From Macrostomum lignano (taxonomy: Eukaryota): a stretch of DNA of 64,000 bases. Location of the stretch: contig NIVC01001854.1 in NCBI GenBank assembly GCA_002269645.1, positions 57,346-121,345 on the forward strand, read 5' to 3'. Below the pieces are notes generated by a model. It did no database searches and was not told where the DNA came from. It saw only the letters and a program-made list of their open reading frames with translations. The translations under genes and the position numbers were made by a program. Shown here piece by piece: positions 11,501 through 23,700 of the stretch (its first letter is position 1; every line of letters starts with the position of its first letter).

Positions 11501-14500
11501 TAAAATATGTCAACTCTAACATTTAAGGGACTTACTTTCTTTCATTTTTAGGTCAATGGAACCGCCGGTTCTACTGGATACCAATTCATATCAAACATTC
11601 TGAGAACAACCGCAGCCCTAAATTACGAGACCGCAATCAATGCCATCCTTGAGATCACAATCTCCGACCAGGGACCGGGGACAGCCAACATTCTGACTGT
11701 CACAGTTACTGTGTCAGTGAACCCTGTCAACGAGTACACACCGGCCTTCACTGCGTCCACTTTGACTCCGGCTGCTGTCGCAGAAAATGTTGCCGTTGGA
11801 ACGAATGTCGCCTCGGTAAGTTAATTAAATTCTGCTCCATGCATTTTTTCAATGGCTATTTTACTTATGGATTCAGGAGGTTTTGGCTATAAACAAAAAT
11901 CTGACGCCCTCAGCTCGTCGCTACGGACAGCGACCAGGGATCGACCCATGCGACGCTTAAATACGCGATCTTGTCAGGAAACTCGAAAGGTTTCTTCACC
12001 CTGGCCGAGTCAACCGGTGTGGTGACCACGGCCAAGTCACTTGACTACGAGGATGCAACGCAATACTTGTTGACTGTCAGCGTAACTGACGGTCCGGGGC
12101 TCAGCTCGACGGCCACCCTCACAATTAACCTGTCCGATGTGAACGACAACAGTCCAGTGTTTACCTACTCTACCTATTCTGTAACGGTGGACGAGAATGC
12201 TGGAACAGGAAGCGTCCTGCTCTCTTTTGCTGGTAACTATTTGTAATTTATTGCTTTCGAAAATTGACTTTTAGACCATCAATTCTTTCAAAGACAAATA
12301 CTTAAATTTTGATCAAATCAAAATGGTAAACAAAAAATATGTGAGAGAAGATAAAAATGTTGGCTTTTTTAGACAAAACGCCATCATACGAGCTAGAATC
12401 GATCAATAAAAAAGGAAAAATCCCAAAATCTTTAAAATTTGGTTGCAGCAAAGTTTTGATATGAATAGCAGTCTTAATTAAGTATATTTACATGTACCAA
12501 TTGTTTTTATGTACATGCAAATTATTAATATTTACAATCCAATTATAGGCAAAGTGAGCGACGCCGACGGATCGAGTCCTAACAAGGATGTCACACTGTC
12601 CCTGGTGACAACTGGCACACCGTTTCAGCTGGTCTCCAACCAGCTGGAGCTGACCACAGGTGGCACTTTGAACGCTGCCACCAATCCGAGTTACTCGCTG
12701 GTTATTCGAGCCACTGACGGTGCCGCGGCTCCGGCCACGCAGACGACAGACGCTCAGGTCATCGTTCGGGTGATCGCTGTCAACACTGCGACGCCAACTT
12801 TCAGCGGCACTAGTACGGTTAGCGCAGCGGAGGACACGGCCGTTGGCACCCTGATCTGCATTGTTAATGCCTCAGATGCTGACGTAAGCAATTCATTTGT
12901 TAAACTTGTGCCATAGGAAGCAGAGTTTAGACACCCTGACCTAACATCCTCAGGCTGTGAGAACTTCTAATCCGTGCATTTCTAGCCTGCTACCTAATCA
13001 CAGCAGAGTTTATTTCGCTTCAAAATGCGTTGAAAATATTGTAGTTTTGTTTTCAAATATCGCTTTAAAGACTTTCGAAAATCTCGTCCGAAAGAGTGTG
13101 CGCGCTTGTTTCTGGGTGTTTGGATGCACTATAAGATAATAATTGGTTCCTTTATCTTTTGCCAATGTATTTTACTTGCTAGTTGTTCAAGTGAACATCA
13201 GGTGCTGGGTCCTGTAGTATGTGTTCGAGATGTGCATTTAAACTTTTTTTCCATTTTTTAGTCCGGACTGAACGGCAAGATTACATATTCGGTCGCTACG
13301 GGCAACACGGACAGCGACTTCACCATTGACGCCAACAACGGCAACATCCGACTAAACAACGCTCTGGACTTCGATTCTGGCACTAAAATCTACTATCTCG
13401 GCATCCAAGCCATAGACAGCGGCAGCCCAGCCAAATCGTCGACGTGGACCCTGACCGTGTCGGTTACTGATGTCAACGACAATGCGCCAATTTGGTGGGC
13501 AAACAATACTTATTCGAGTAAGTTTTATTTTCTTCTATTAGTACTTGATAAGGCAGTCTTATTTTGAACTATACGCAGTAATTCAGCATGCTACTGATAG
13601 TAGTTTTATTCTTAGTATCCTAGTATTACGAATTGATATGGTTGTCTGTCATTATTTTAATAGTACTGTAATAACAAAGGTTGGCAGTGAATCGACCAAT
13701 ACGAGTCGATTAAAACCCATAGTCTAAACCGCAGGACAACCACTCTAAATACTTCAATAAAAAATGTTCAATCGGATCATAATGGTGTGACATGTCTTGT
13801 GTGATTTATTGCAGTTTCGATTTCGGAGGCCGTCACAACACCGTCAAACATTTATCAGTCGTTGGTGTCGGACCCAGACACGGGCGCGGGCGGCACGATC
13901 ACTTATTCGCTGCTGTCGCAGACTGGGACAGCTCCAGACGGTGTCTCCGCATTGTTCGCAGTCGATACAGTCGGAGCTATTCGCGTTGTTGCGCAGCCAG
14001 ACCGGGAATTCATGTCAACCTATTATGTCAATGTTCAAGCCTGCGACGGCGGCTCTCCGTCGCTCTGCTCTCAGAGACTGTTCACAATCTACATCACTGG
14101 TAAGGCATTGAAAAACCATTGGCACCGATCGTTTAGCAAAATGACATTGACGCTAGTGGCCTCCAACCCTCTTCAGATACGAATGACAACACGCCGGACT
14201 TTGGACTCTGCCCAAAGGAGATCTCAGTCTCGGAAGCGGCGACCAATCCCACCATCATTAGCACTATCACCGCTTCGGACGCTGACACCGGTGCCAACGG
14301 AAACATCGCGCTCTACTCGCTGACTAGCGCAGACGGTGGCGCCTCATCTCCAACGGGATTTTTTACCGGTGAGCTGGGAGAGCTAGCTAAAGCTAATTAT
14401 CTCCTTGATCTGGTTAAAAAACAGTTGCCCTCTATCTAGTTAGGTTGCGGGACTGTGAAGACCCAAAGCATGTACACAGGGTACAATATTACACTCGTGG

Positions 14501-17500
14501 GTATACATCTGCACGCCAAAGCTATTCATGAAATCTACTTCGTGGGTAGACCCCAAGTTTATGTGACTGCGCTGTGGAATCGAACCCGAAACCCTGATGG
14601 AGAGTCGGACTCACTAACAACAGATTTGTAGCTATCTACGAATAAAAACCAGATATATCAAATACATGCATTTTTTACTATAGGCTCATTTTAGCTCGTA
14701 TTATATTCGATTACAGTTTCAACTGCCGGTGTGATTTCAACTGCTGGAGCCTTGGATCGCGAGTCCAAAAGCGTCTACCAGTTCTACATCAACGCTGAAG
14801 ACAGCGGCTCGCCGACGCGTCGAACTGGCTCTTGCCTGCTCAACATCACCATCACAGACGTCAATGACAATGCTCCGGTGGTGACCGGACAACCGATCAT
14901 TACATCCGTGTCCGAGGCGGCCACCGGTGGCACAATTTTTTACACCATAGTGTCAACTGACGCGGATATTGGCGCGAATGCTATTCTAGCCTACCAAATC
15001 ATTGCATTCACTCCGGCTAACAATTTCTCCGTCAATAACAATGGTCAGCTGAGCGTTTTTGCCAGTAACATGCTCGATAGAGAACGCAATGCCGCTTACA
15101 ATCTGACCCTGCGAGTGCGGGATATGGGCACGCCATCTCAGTCCACCACCTTCACCGTCAGCATTAACATTCTCGACGTGAATGACAACACGCCGAGTTT
15201 CGGTGCGACTTCGATCAGCCGAAGCGTGGATGAGAACAGCGCCGTAGACACCGCGGTTGGGGCCGTGGTGGCGGCTACCGACCCCGATCTGGGTGAAAAC
15301 GCCTCGCTAACCTACCAGATTGCTTCCATTCTGGTGCCGACTTCTGGTGGAGATTATTTTAAAATCGATGCGCTTACAGGTTTGTCGTAGCTAATGCGCT
15401 ATGCTATCTAGATTTCAGTAATGTACTGTTTCGTCTGCATGGCTTAATGAGAGAGCGGGAGCGCCAGAAGAAATGGCATACTCACTCTGACTTTCTTGAC
15501 TTACGAGCTAGCTTCAGCGGCTCAGGGGGGTTCCACTCCAGAGAGTCAGGTGGATGGTTGCTAGCATGGTAACACATTAGGGTAGCGGACGAGCTGGCAG
15601 AGACCTAAAAACTCTGGAGAGGTCCGGGTTTGGGCCGAGGTAGGTAAGCCTGTCCTGAGTAAAGGTGGCGCATTCACAGATGAAGTGCTCCGCATTCTCA
15701 ACACTGGAGAGGCAGAATGAGCATTCCTCACTGCAGATTTTTCCCTGGAAGTAGCCATTCCTACCAAAGCAGCCATGACCTGAGAGGGCCATGGTTATCG
15801 CCTTTAGGTCCCTGCGGTTGAGTCCAAGCTGGGCCCTGCGGAAAGCGGCAGACTTTGAGCGTTAGACCACCTCTCCCTGTGCTTTGATGCTACCCACTGC
15901 CCAATCCAAGTGGTTACAACAAAGGCCCATTCACTTAGCCGTTACCCAGTGTGCCCAAGTTGCAATATAGAATCGACAATGCATTTTATAAATAACGCCG
16001 ACGGAGTTTAAGTTGTTGAACTAAGTTGAATAAGTTGAACTATTCAAATTGATTATAACGTATTAAAACTCAGCAGTTATCCAATTTTTAAAGACGATAA
16101 TTTGCCTTTTTTGGGCATCCGTGACGTTCCAGGTCAAGTCAAAGTGAAAGTGGCTTCTCTGGACCGCGAAGTTCGGGACACGTACATCTTGCGCCTAACA
16201 GCGCAGGACAACGGCTCACCCGCTCTGACAGGCACGACTACGCTAACGATCACTATCGCGGATGTTAATGATAATGACCCTGTGTTCACCAGCACCTACA
16301 CATCCGGCGTGTCAGTCGATGAGAATTCTGTCGCGGGTACCGCGGTAACAACTTTCACGGCTACGGATGCTGATCTCGGCGCTAATGCGGCAGTCACCTA
16401 CTCGATTGACACCAGTCGGCTGAATGGCACCCTGGTTGACACCTACTTCCAGGTTAGCCCCGATTTACTGCATGCTAAATACTACGATTTTCCACGTAAC
16501 TCACTACTAGCAGAAGCAGTGCGCGTACGACCGTTAGAGATGAGTTCCTTAATCTGTAAACCAATAGATTATCAGCTTTATGAATTAATTCCAACTTATT
16601 AATTTGAGGCAAGTCGAAAGAATCCAGGTGTCAAGCAGACACAGTTTTCCAAATTTTGAGCGTTCTAGAGGGTGACCTATCTATACGATTGAATAGTATT
16701 GTGCAAATACGTATGTAATTATGAATCATAGCTGTGAGTTGAACACTGTTCCTAACCCTACCTTCAAATCTTTGTTAAAAGGTCGGCGCGAGCACAGGTG
16801 CACTCACAGTGAAGACTGCAATCGATCGTGAGACCTACTCGATGCTTCAGTTCTATATTATCGCTCAGGACGGCGGTTCACCATCAAGAACAACCAGCGC
16901 AAGCGTTAACATCTACATAAACGATGTCAACGACCATACGCCAATCTTTAATCCAAGTTTCTACAACACCGAAATGTGCTACAAGTAAGTAGTTGCGTAG
17001 GGAAAATAGCCCAAAAATAGCCCAAAAAATCCTCTTGCAAATGATTTTTTTAGTTGCTGTCAATTTATAAAAACTTAATTAATTAAAAATCAAACTTTAC
17101 TTAGCAATTGAGCTGCCTTCTCCTCCTCAGCGAAAATCGGACCGCCATCACCTTGGCAACGCTGAAAGCAACCGATGCCGATGCTACAGGAAACACCATT
17201 ACCTACGGCTGGGGCAGCAGCAGCAGCAACTTTGTGGTTAACACGGCTACTGGCGCGGTGACTCCAGCCTATGGCCAGACCACAACAAAGAACACCAAGT
17301 ACGTGCAGTATCCCACTGCGACAGACTCCGGATCGCCTCAGCGTACCGCGACTGCCACAATCCGAATTGACACCTACGATCCAACCGAAGTCGCGGTTTG
17401 CATAACCTACACCCTGTCCGAGGCGAACTTTCTGACCTCTCAGACAAGCATCGAGTCAGCGCTCAGTTCCACTCTGCAGTTCAAGTATGCAACTGTAAAG

Positions 17501-19025
17501 TGCAAGACGTGGAGGTACACAGTCTCGTCTTCGTAAGTATTTTATTACCCTCCTTATAACGGTTAGCTGCTGTCATAATCATAGGGTACTCGCACTAGCA
17601 ATTCAGACCATCATCGCATTCCAGAACTGAGATCAAGGCCTGTCACTACTGCGTGCAAGACAACTCCACTGATAGCGCCAGCAACTTGGCCAACGCCAAG
17701 TCTTTCGTCACCCAGTCGGAGCTGCTAACGTTCTGGCGACTGGACTCTGCGGGCACCCCGACAGCAATGCTACAGTCGTCAAGTTTCAGTAGCTACCCGA
17801 TCACCAAGGTTGAAGGGTGAGACTGAATATTAATGCCTATGAATCCAGAGCTACTTGTCAAACTGAGGAAAAATAGTCCATGAAGGTTTAAGGTTTAAAT
17901 TTAAGCTAACTTGAACTTCAATGCAAACAACTCGATTCAGATACACGGACTCGACTAGCTCAACGTCTACGCCCTGGTACCAGACGCCTTGGGGCATCGC
18001 CATCATTGTGCTGAGCTCCGTGCTTGGCGCCTCTCTACTCGGCGTGGGCATCGGGGCCCTGGCCAACTACCTATGCAATAAGAGTCCAAAGGTGCCAGTG
18101 ACAAAATCGACTCCCAAAGTGCCGCCAAAAGCTAAAAACCATCCGCCTGCGCAACCGCGAGCCAGACCGGTAAATGTTTTTAGTCGGCATGCATTCACCA
18201 TTTCCTGCTTTAAGCCGCAAAGGCACCTTCTACGAAATTCTTTACACTAATGCCAGAACACAATGCGCTTGTTGTCCCGAGCTGTACACTTATAAATCAA
18301 CGCTTCAAAATCATTACTTTGGAATCATGGTAGATTGTGTCTATGGTTTTGGAGGCGAACAATGGATAAATAATCAGCGGTCCCTGATCGATCGACCGCT
18401 GATTCTTTGCATTGTTTTTCTGTTTGACGATCCTACAGACAATGCATTGTTTGTAGTAATGGATTGTTCTGCATTAAAAATGTGAATAATGATCGTCAAA
18501 TTGCTAAACAATGATATTGATTTTTTTGCCCGCGAGTGACTAAAACAATTCATTATCTATGACAGAACCATTTGCACAAGCACTTTTCAAATTAATGTTT
18601 TTTATAGTAGCCTAAAATAATGATTTCGAAGAAATTAATTATGGCTGTATATGTGAAAAATCAATCAAGTTCTGGCTTCAAAACCGTAGAAGAAGGCTCA
18701 CATTGTTGAGATGCAAAGCAAAGGAACAGTACATGGCTTGAGGGGAGTTGTCGAGATGCCAAAGACTTGTAATTTAGACGCTTGAATTTTAGCTTCAAAA
18801 AGTTCAAAGGTGGTTAAAAATCCGAGAGAATTATCTTTTGTCAAAGTTAGTCTATGGTAAAACCCCATTTTACTTCCTTAGAACGAGAACAAGAACGTCT
18901 ATCGAGACCGCAATGTCTGGCGAGGCACGCCGGATTTCGGCCGGAGCTTCCAGAATTCTCCCGGGGAGCTGCAGCGCACCGGAATTTCACCGAACAGTTC
19001 CCGAGTTCCAACGCCGGTGTCTTAA
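4222..19025 (+). CDS. Cadherin-related single-pass membrane protein A: about 20 EC repeats, a membrane-adjacent domain, TM and a short tail; 28 coding exons, about 2,430 aa
   Basis: Hand-spliced exons: 4222-4288, 4488-4749, 4827-5079, 5170-5580, 5658-5907, 5998-6234, 7047-7249, 7339-7570, 7710-8069, 8632-8883, 8988-9118, 9201-9274, 9378-9487, 9803-10192, 11163-11419, 11552-11815, 11914-12232, 12549-12883, 13262-13517, 13815-14099, 14177-14368, 14717-15379, 16133-16452, 16782-16984, 17131-17532, 17625-17816, 17941-18169, 18882-19025. All introns are GT-AG and phase-compatible, and the frame is open (7,293 nt). Repeated xE, DxD, LDYE/LDRE and DxNDNxP motifs are present, with a signal peptide and a TM segment (WGIAIIVLSSVLGASLLGVGIGAL). 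Confidence 0.92.
6363..6608 (-). mobile_element. tRNA-derived CORE-like SINE (copy 2), in a cadherin A intron
   Basis: Aligns end to end with 108-356. Confidence 0.85.
6611..6808. repeat. 17-bp minisatellite (AGGCTACAATCCCTTTC)n, about 11 copies
   Basis: Direct tandem units abutting the SINE head. Confidence 0.95.
8126..8590. repeat. (TTAG)n/(TCAG)n microsatellite
   Basis: Tetranucleotide run in cadherin A intron 9. Confidence 0.95.
10492..10853. repeat. 23-bp minisatellite (CATCATAGATTACATACGTTATA)n, about 15 copies
   Basis: Direct tandem units in cadherin A intron 14. Confidence 0.95.
14420..14620 (-). mobile_element. Second tRNA-derived SINE-like element (fragment)
   Basis: The minus strand carries GGGTTCGATTCC (B box) followed by ACAGCGCAGTCACATA, similar to the element at 49560-49815. 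Confidence 0.45.
15485..15905 (-). mobile_element. Non-LTR retrotransposon 3' fragment (R1/LOA/I-type C-terminal CCHC zinc knuckle), copy 1
   Basis: The minus strand reads ALSGHGCF...[30 protein letters not shown]. It is homologous to 21388-21858 and 60019-60220. Confidence 0.75.
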
Positions 19026-19908
19026 ACGGATTGAAGCAAAACAAATCCACGAGTGACAAAAACTATAGAGAGATTTTCTTATTTTTTGTTTTAAGTCGCC
19101 ACATTTTGAGAAACTAATTTGAGCTTTGTTATATTTTTCTACTCCATATCATCAATAATTGATGAAACGAGGCATTATTTAAAACGAGCACTACTCTAAA
19201 TAATCAAGGATTAAACGAAAAAAATGTAGCAAAATACAGACAGAAGCAAAATAACTGCTCATATTTTAAGATGCTCGTTCCATCTGACTTTGTTCTCTGC
19301 TTCCACTGAAAATTTCTTTTCACCCAAATTCAATTCATGCATTCACTGTGTCGCGTTCCGATACCATTTTGCCTCTGTGCAGTTGAAGAAATTTTATTAC
19401 ATTATTTTGTTTGCAGATTTGTTACGTAAATGAGACAGTTTTTTCAGTTCCGCTAAAGTTTTTGTAGACTCAACTTCTCCATAGAGTTATGAAGTATTTA
19501 TGCAGTTTGCAGGTCTTACGAATTTCCAATTTTATGCATTGAACACCGAAGTAGCCTCCTTGTAAATAACAGGCTTTATCCGTGAGCATTAGCCTCCGAT
19601 TTGACGCTGAAATTAATCTATGAAATTAACGCTCCGCTTTTAAGATATCGATCATGAAACATTTCGTTAAAAAAGTAAACATAACGATTCCAGCCTCCTT
19701 TTTATATGCGACGTCGAAAACAAAATCGATTCCTAGCAAAACATTATTAATTTTTTTGTGGGTAGCGATTCATGCACATATTATTGAACTATAATAACAG
19801 TTTTCTTATGTAGCTAACTCCTACACCCTAGCTAAACTTTGCGATTCACTCATTCATTAGGCCTGTAATTCACATCTAAGAGGGCCAAGACTTACAAACC
19901 GGCGACCC

Positions 19909-20787
19909 CTTGCAGTAGCTTTGTCACTCCCTCTTGCAGTAGCTTTGTCACTCCCTCTTGCAGTAGCTTTGTCACTCCCTCTTGCAGTAGCTTTGTCACT
20001 CCCTCTTGCAGTAGCTTTGTCACTCCCTCTTGCAGTAGCTTTGTCACTCCCTCTTGCAGTAGCTTTGTCACTCCCTCTTGCAGTAGCTTTGTCACTCCCT
20101 CTTGCAGTAGCTTTGTCACTCCCTCTTGCAGTAGCTTTGTCACTCCCTCTTGCAGTAGCTTTGTCACTCCCTCTTGCAGTAGCTTTGTCACTCCCTCTTG
20201 CAGTAGCTTTGTCACTCCCTCTTGCAGTAGCTTTGTCACTCCCTCTTGCAGTAGCTTTGTCACTCCCTCTTGCAGTAGCTTTGTCACTCCCTCTTGCAGT
20301 AGCTTTGTTACTCCCTCTTGCAGTAGCGTTGTTACTCCCTCTTGCAGTAGCTTTGTCACTCCCTCTTGCAGTAGCTTTGTCACTCCCTCTTGCAGTAGCT
20401 TTGTCACTCCCTCTTGCAGTAGCTTTGTCACTCCCTCTTGCAGTAGCTTTGTCACTCCCTCTTGCAGTAGCTTTGTCACTCCCTCTTGCAGTAGCTTTGT
20501 CACTCCCTCTTGCAGTAGCTTTGTCACTCCCTCTTGCAGCAGCTTTGTCACTCCCTCTTGCAGTAGCTTTGTCACTCCCTCTTGCAGTAGCTTTGTCACT
20601 CCCTCTCTTTGTCACTCCCTCTTGCAGTAGCTTTGTTACTCCCTCTTGCAGTAGCTTTGTCACTCCCTCTTGCAGTAGCTTTGTCACTCCCTCTTGCAGT
20701 AGATTTGTCACTCCCTCTTGCAGTAGCTTTGTCACTCCCTCTTGCAGTAGCTTTGTCACTCCCTCTTGCAGCAGCTCTGTCACTCCC
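19909..20787. repeat. 24-bp minisatellite (GCAGTAGCTTTGTCACTCCCTCTT)n, about 36 copies
   Basis: Direct tandem units. They generate the spurious (EGVTKLLQ)n, (RGSDKATA)n and (LSLPLAVA)n ORFs. Confidence 0.97.
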
Positions 20788-21310
20788 TTGCAGTAGCCTT
20801 GGGACCGATGGCGCTGGTACCCCTTATACGAAGCGGTCCCAATATCTCTAAGCTTGGACCACCAGTCGAAAAACTGCAATGCAAGCATCGGCCTGTGACA
20901 GACTTGTGATCGATAAATATACGGAAGGGGCATGTAAAACTTTGAGAGTTTCCCCAGCGTGACTCGCAGTGTGATTCGTTTCATTCTAAGCGTTTTGCGA
21001 TCAGCCAACTTTCACGATTTTTTTGTATTCTGCAGCTTTGGCTATCAAAACACCAACTTAATTGCCCAGTCATGAACGACTGAAACTATCCTGTACGAGA
21101 AAAAAAATTCCCTCAGCTACGTTCAACTGAAAGCGGAATTACCGGAAGTTAATTTTCGAATCCTATCGACTTCCGGACCTAACTAATAGCTCAAGCCCCT
21201 ATATGAGGCATGCGATCTGCTCACTTCCAGCTAGCCCTAAGCAAACAAACTTCGACAAAAATAGTCAATTTGTTTAACAGAGAAAAATATTCCACTTCAA
21301 ACTGGCAATC

Positions 21311-22462
21311 ATGATGAAGATTCTGCTGTGCATTGCTGTGGCAACAGTTGCTTGCTTCTCTAGCGGTAAGTTTTCGCCAGTGGAAGTGTTGACTTACTTG
21401 ACTCAGCTGCAGGGGCTCCGTGCATCCGGATGCAGCGAGGAGGCGTTGCCGCCCATTTCGCTAACCCCTGGCGACCACGGGCAGCTAGTGCTGCGGTGTC
21501 GCGCAGGGAGTTCCGGTGGCGCCGGTGTCCGCAGCGCGGTCCCCCTCCGGAGAGTCCAGGAGGTGGATTGTCGCTCGCCCGGTAGCCCTTAGGTAGCGGA
21601 CGAGCTGGCAGAGATTCTCGGGCCTGAAAACGTCGGAGAGGTTCGGGTTTGGGCCGAGGTAGGTGAGCCTGTCCTGAGTAAATGCGGGGCATTCACAGAT
21701 GAAGTGCTCCGCATTCTCGACACCGGAGAGGCAGAAAGGGTATCCCTCACTACGGATTTTTTTCCGGGAGGTAGAGATGTCTGGCAAAACAGCCATGACC
21801 CGAGAGGGCCATGGTAACCGCCCTGATTTCCCTGCGGTTGAGTCCAAGCAGGGCCTGGACTACGTTTCTTCTCTTTTATACGTTTAAAATTAAGCCGTTA
21901 GACTTTGATGGTACGATATTTAGAACTCATGGACATGCAAAATCGAACGAGTAAACAAACATTCTGGTTTGACTCTGCGTGCAGGATTGACAGTTCTGCA
22001 TGCTCTATGAACGCGACGTGATTCTAGAACGCTTCGTGCACTCATGCTGATGCTTTGTTGCTTTTGCCAATTGGTGCTTTTGCCATGGCTAGCTTTTTAG
22101 CGTTCTAGAATTGTTCCAGTTTCGACAGTAAGTACATGGGCACTACGCTAATACCAGAAATGCACGGACCCAAATCAATCTGATGGTATCAAACTTTTCC
22201 CGCAAGTTGAACCCGCTGTGCTTGTTTTTTTGCCGGATTTCCAGTTGACGCCGGATGTCGTAGCATCGGCCAAGAGTGCTACAAGATGCCGTGGGCCCGT
22301 TGCTGCACCGGCTACTGCCGTTTCAACAGCAACCCGTTCAAGGGCGGCACCTGCGTGTCCTGCCTGTTCGAGAACGATCGCTGCTCGAGCGACGGCGAGT
22401 GCTGCCTGGGCGAGTGCAAGTGGTCCGGTGGGAAATTTGCCCGGGTCTGCCAGGTAGCCTAG
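21311..22462 (+). CDS. Secreted cysteine-rich peptide with two tandem inhibitor-cystine-knot (knottin)-type frameworks; 2 exons (21311-21365, 22245-22462), 90 aa
   Basis: AGC G|GTAAGT and TTCCAG|TT GAC splice in phase 1 to give [90 protein letters not shown]. The C-C-CC-C-C pattern occurs twice. Confidence 0.85.
21388..21858 (-). mobile_element. Non-LTR retrotransposon 3' fragment with 3' UTR, copy 2, inside the knottin intron
   Basis: ORF 21485-21847 contains [31 protein letters not shown]...[13 protein letters not shown]. It ends in CCCCTGCAGCTGAGTCAAGTAAGTC, a tail shared with the other copies. Confidence 0.8.
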
Positions 22463-23424
22463 CTTAATCTCCTTCTTTGAGCTCCTCATCCTGGCCTGCG
22501 AAGGCTGCAGTCTAAACGCGAGAAAGAAACGCGCATGATAAAAATTTGTCTTTTTTATTTTCTTGTTTGCTTTGAAGTCAAAAGCAAGGCCTGCGGAGAG
22601 AAAAGGCGAAATACACCTGGGGACGACGATTTCCGAGGCAAACAACAAATTGCTTTAATTGCTTTATAGCGCAACCATCTCTTTGGTGGATTTCGCGATT
22701 TCGATAAAAATAAAAATAAATTTTGAAATCATGCAGAATCCAGCTTCACGTTACTCTTTGGCGAACCTTCTGCTATCATTTTAATCTTCCATTCCGTTAT
22801 TTTGTAATTTTTAGGATGCCTTCAAAGCCGATTTCATCTCCAATTATGGGACTCGAATCAGGGCCGGCGACAGCTGAGCCCCAGTAATTTTCTCAGCAAT
22901 TTTTGGACGTCTTTGTCTTATCCGTTGACGAGAAATTGTTTACAGAAAGATTCGTAATCGGCTTAGGCACCTACGTCAAGGGATTAAAATCGACGGCTAT
23001 AAGCGCGTAGGATGTGTTTCATAGGATTTGAGGCTCTGAAAAATCCGCGTGATGGAATCTATAGATTTATGCTTCTTATGCACAATTCTGCGTTGACGAT
23101 ATAAACAAAAATATTTTATTGAATTTGACGAAGAATTTTTGCTTTGTCTATACAGACGGCTCTTCCAATTTATCAACGGATGCGTCTTGTTTAGTCGCGT
23201 GAAAGTTCGTGAAACCTTTAAATATAAGATTCAAAATTTGGCCAAATTGCTCGCGACGGTAAAGGGAGACTTTTAAAATTTTAGGGTGCCAGAAACTAAA
23301 AACTGTTGAAGACTTTCCATGTTGTTCGAGACTGTTGGATGTTTTACAGCAGCCTCCAATTATAGATAAGTTTCAGCTTAAGCCATTCGCTTCTTGCTGC
23401 TTTTAAACCCTTCTGGAGGCTGTT

Positions 23425-23700
23425 GGAAGCTGATGGTGCTGTTGGAGGCTGATGGGTGCGTGCTGTTGGAGGCTGATCGGTAATGTTGGAGGCTGATGGG
23501 TGCTGTTGGAGGCTGATCGGTGATGTTGGAGGCTGCTCGGTGATATTGGGGCTGATCGGTGCTGTTGGAGGCTGCTCGGTGATGTTGGAGGCTATTCGGT
23601 GATGTTGGAGGCTGCTCGGGGATGTTGGAGGCTGCTCGGGGATGTTGGAGGCTGCTCGGGGATGTTGGAGGCTGCTCGGTGATGTTGGAGGCTGTTCGGT
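23425..23700. repeat. 20-bp minisatellite (GGTGATGTTGGAGGCTGCTC)n
   Basis: Degenerate tandem units. Confidence 0.9.

Noticed and set aside
5080-18250. Ends of the cadherin ORFs in the track (e.g. VSTNSYRLSLFMIRV, VNVFSRHAFTISCFK, VSPDLLHAKYY)
   Set aside because: These are read-through into introns past GT donors, not separate proteins.
19857-21008. Long ORFs of 235-383 aa (RGSDKATA)n, (EGVTKLLQ)n, (LSLPLAVA)n
   Set aside because: They are open in several frames on both strands because the 24-bp unit has no stop; there is no independent coding evidence.
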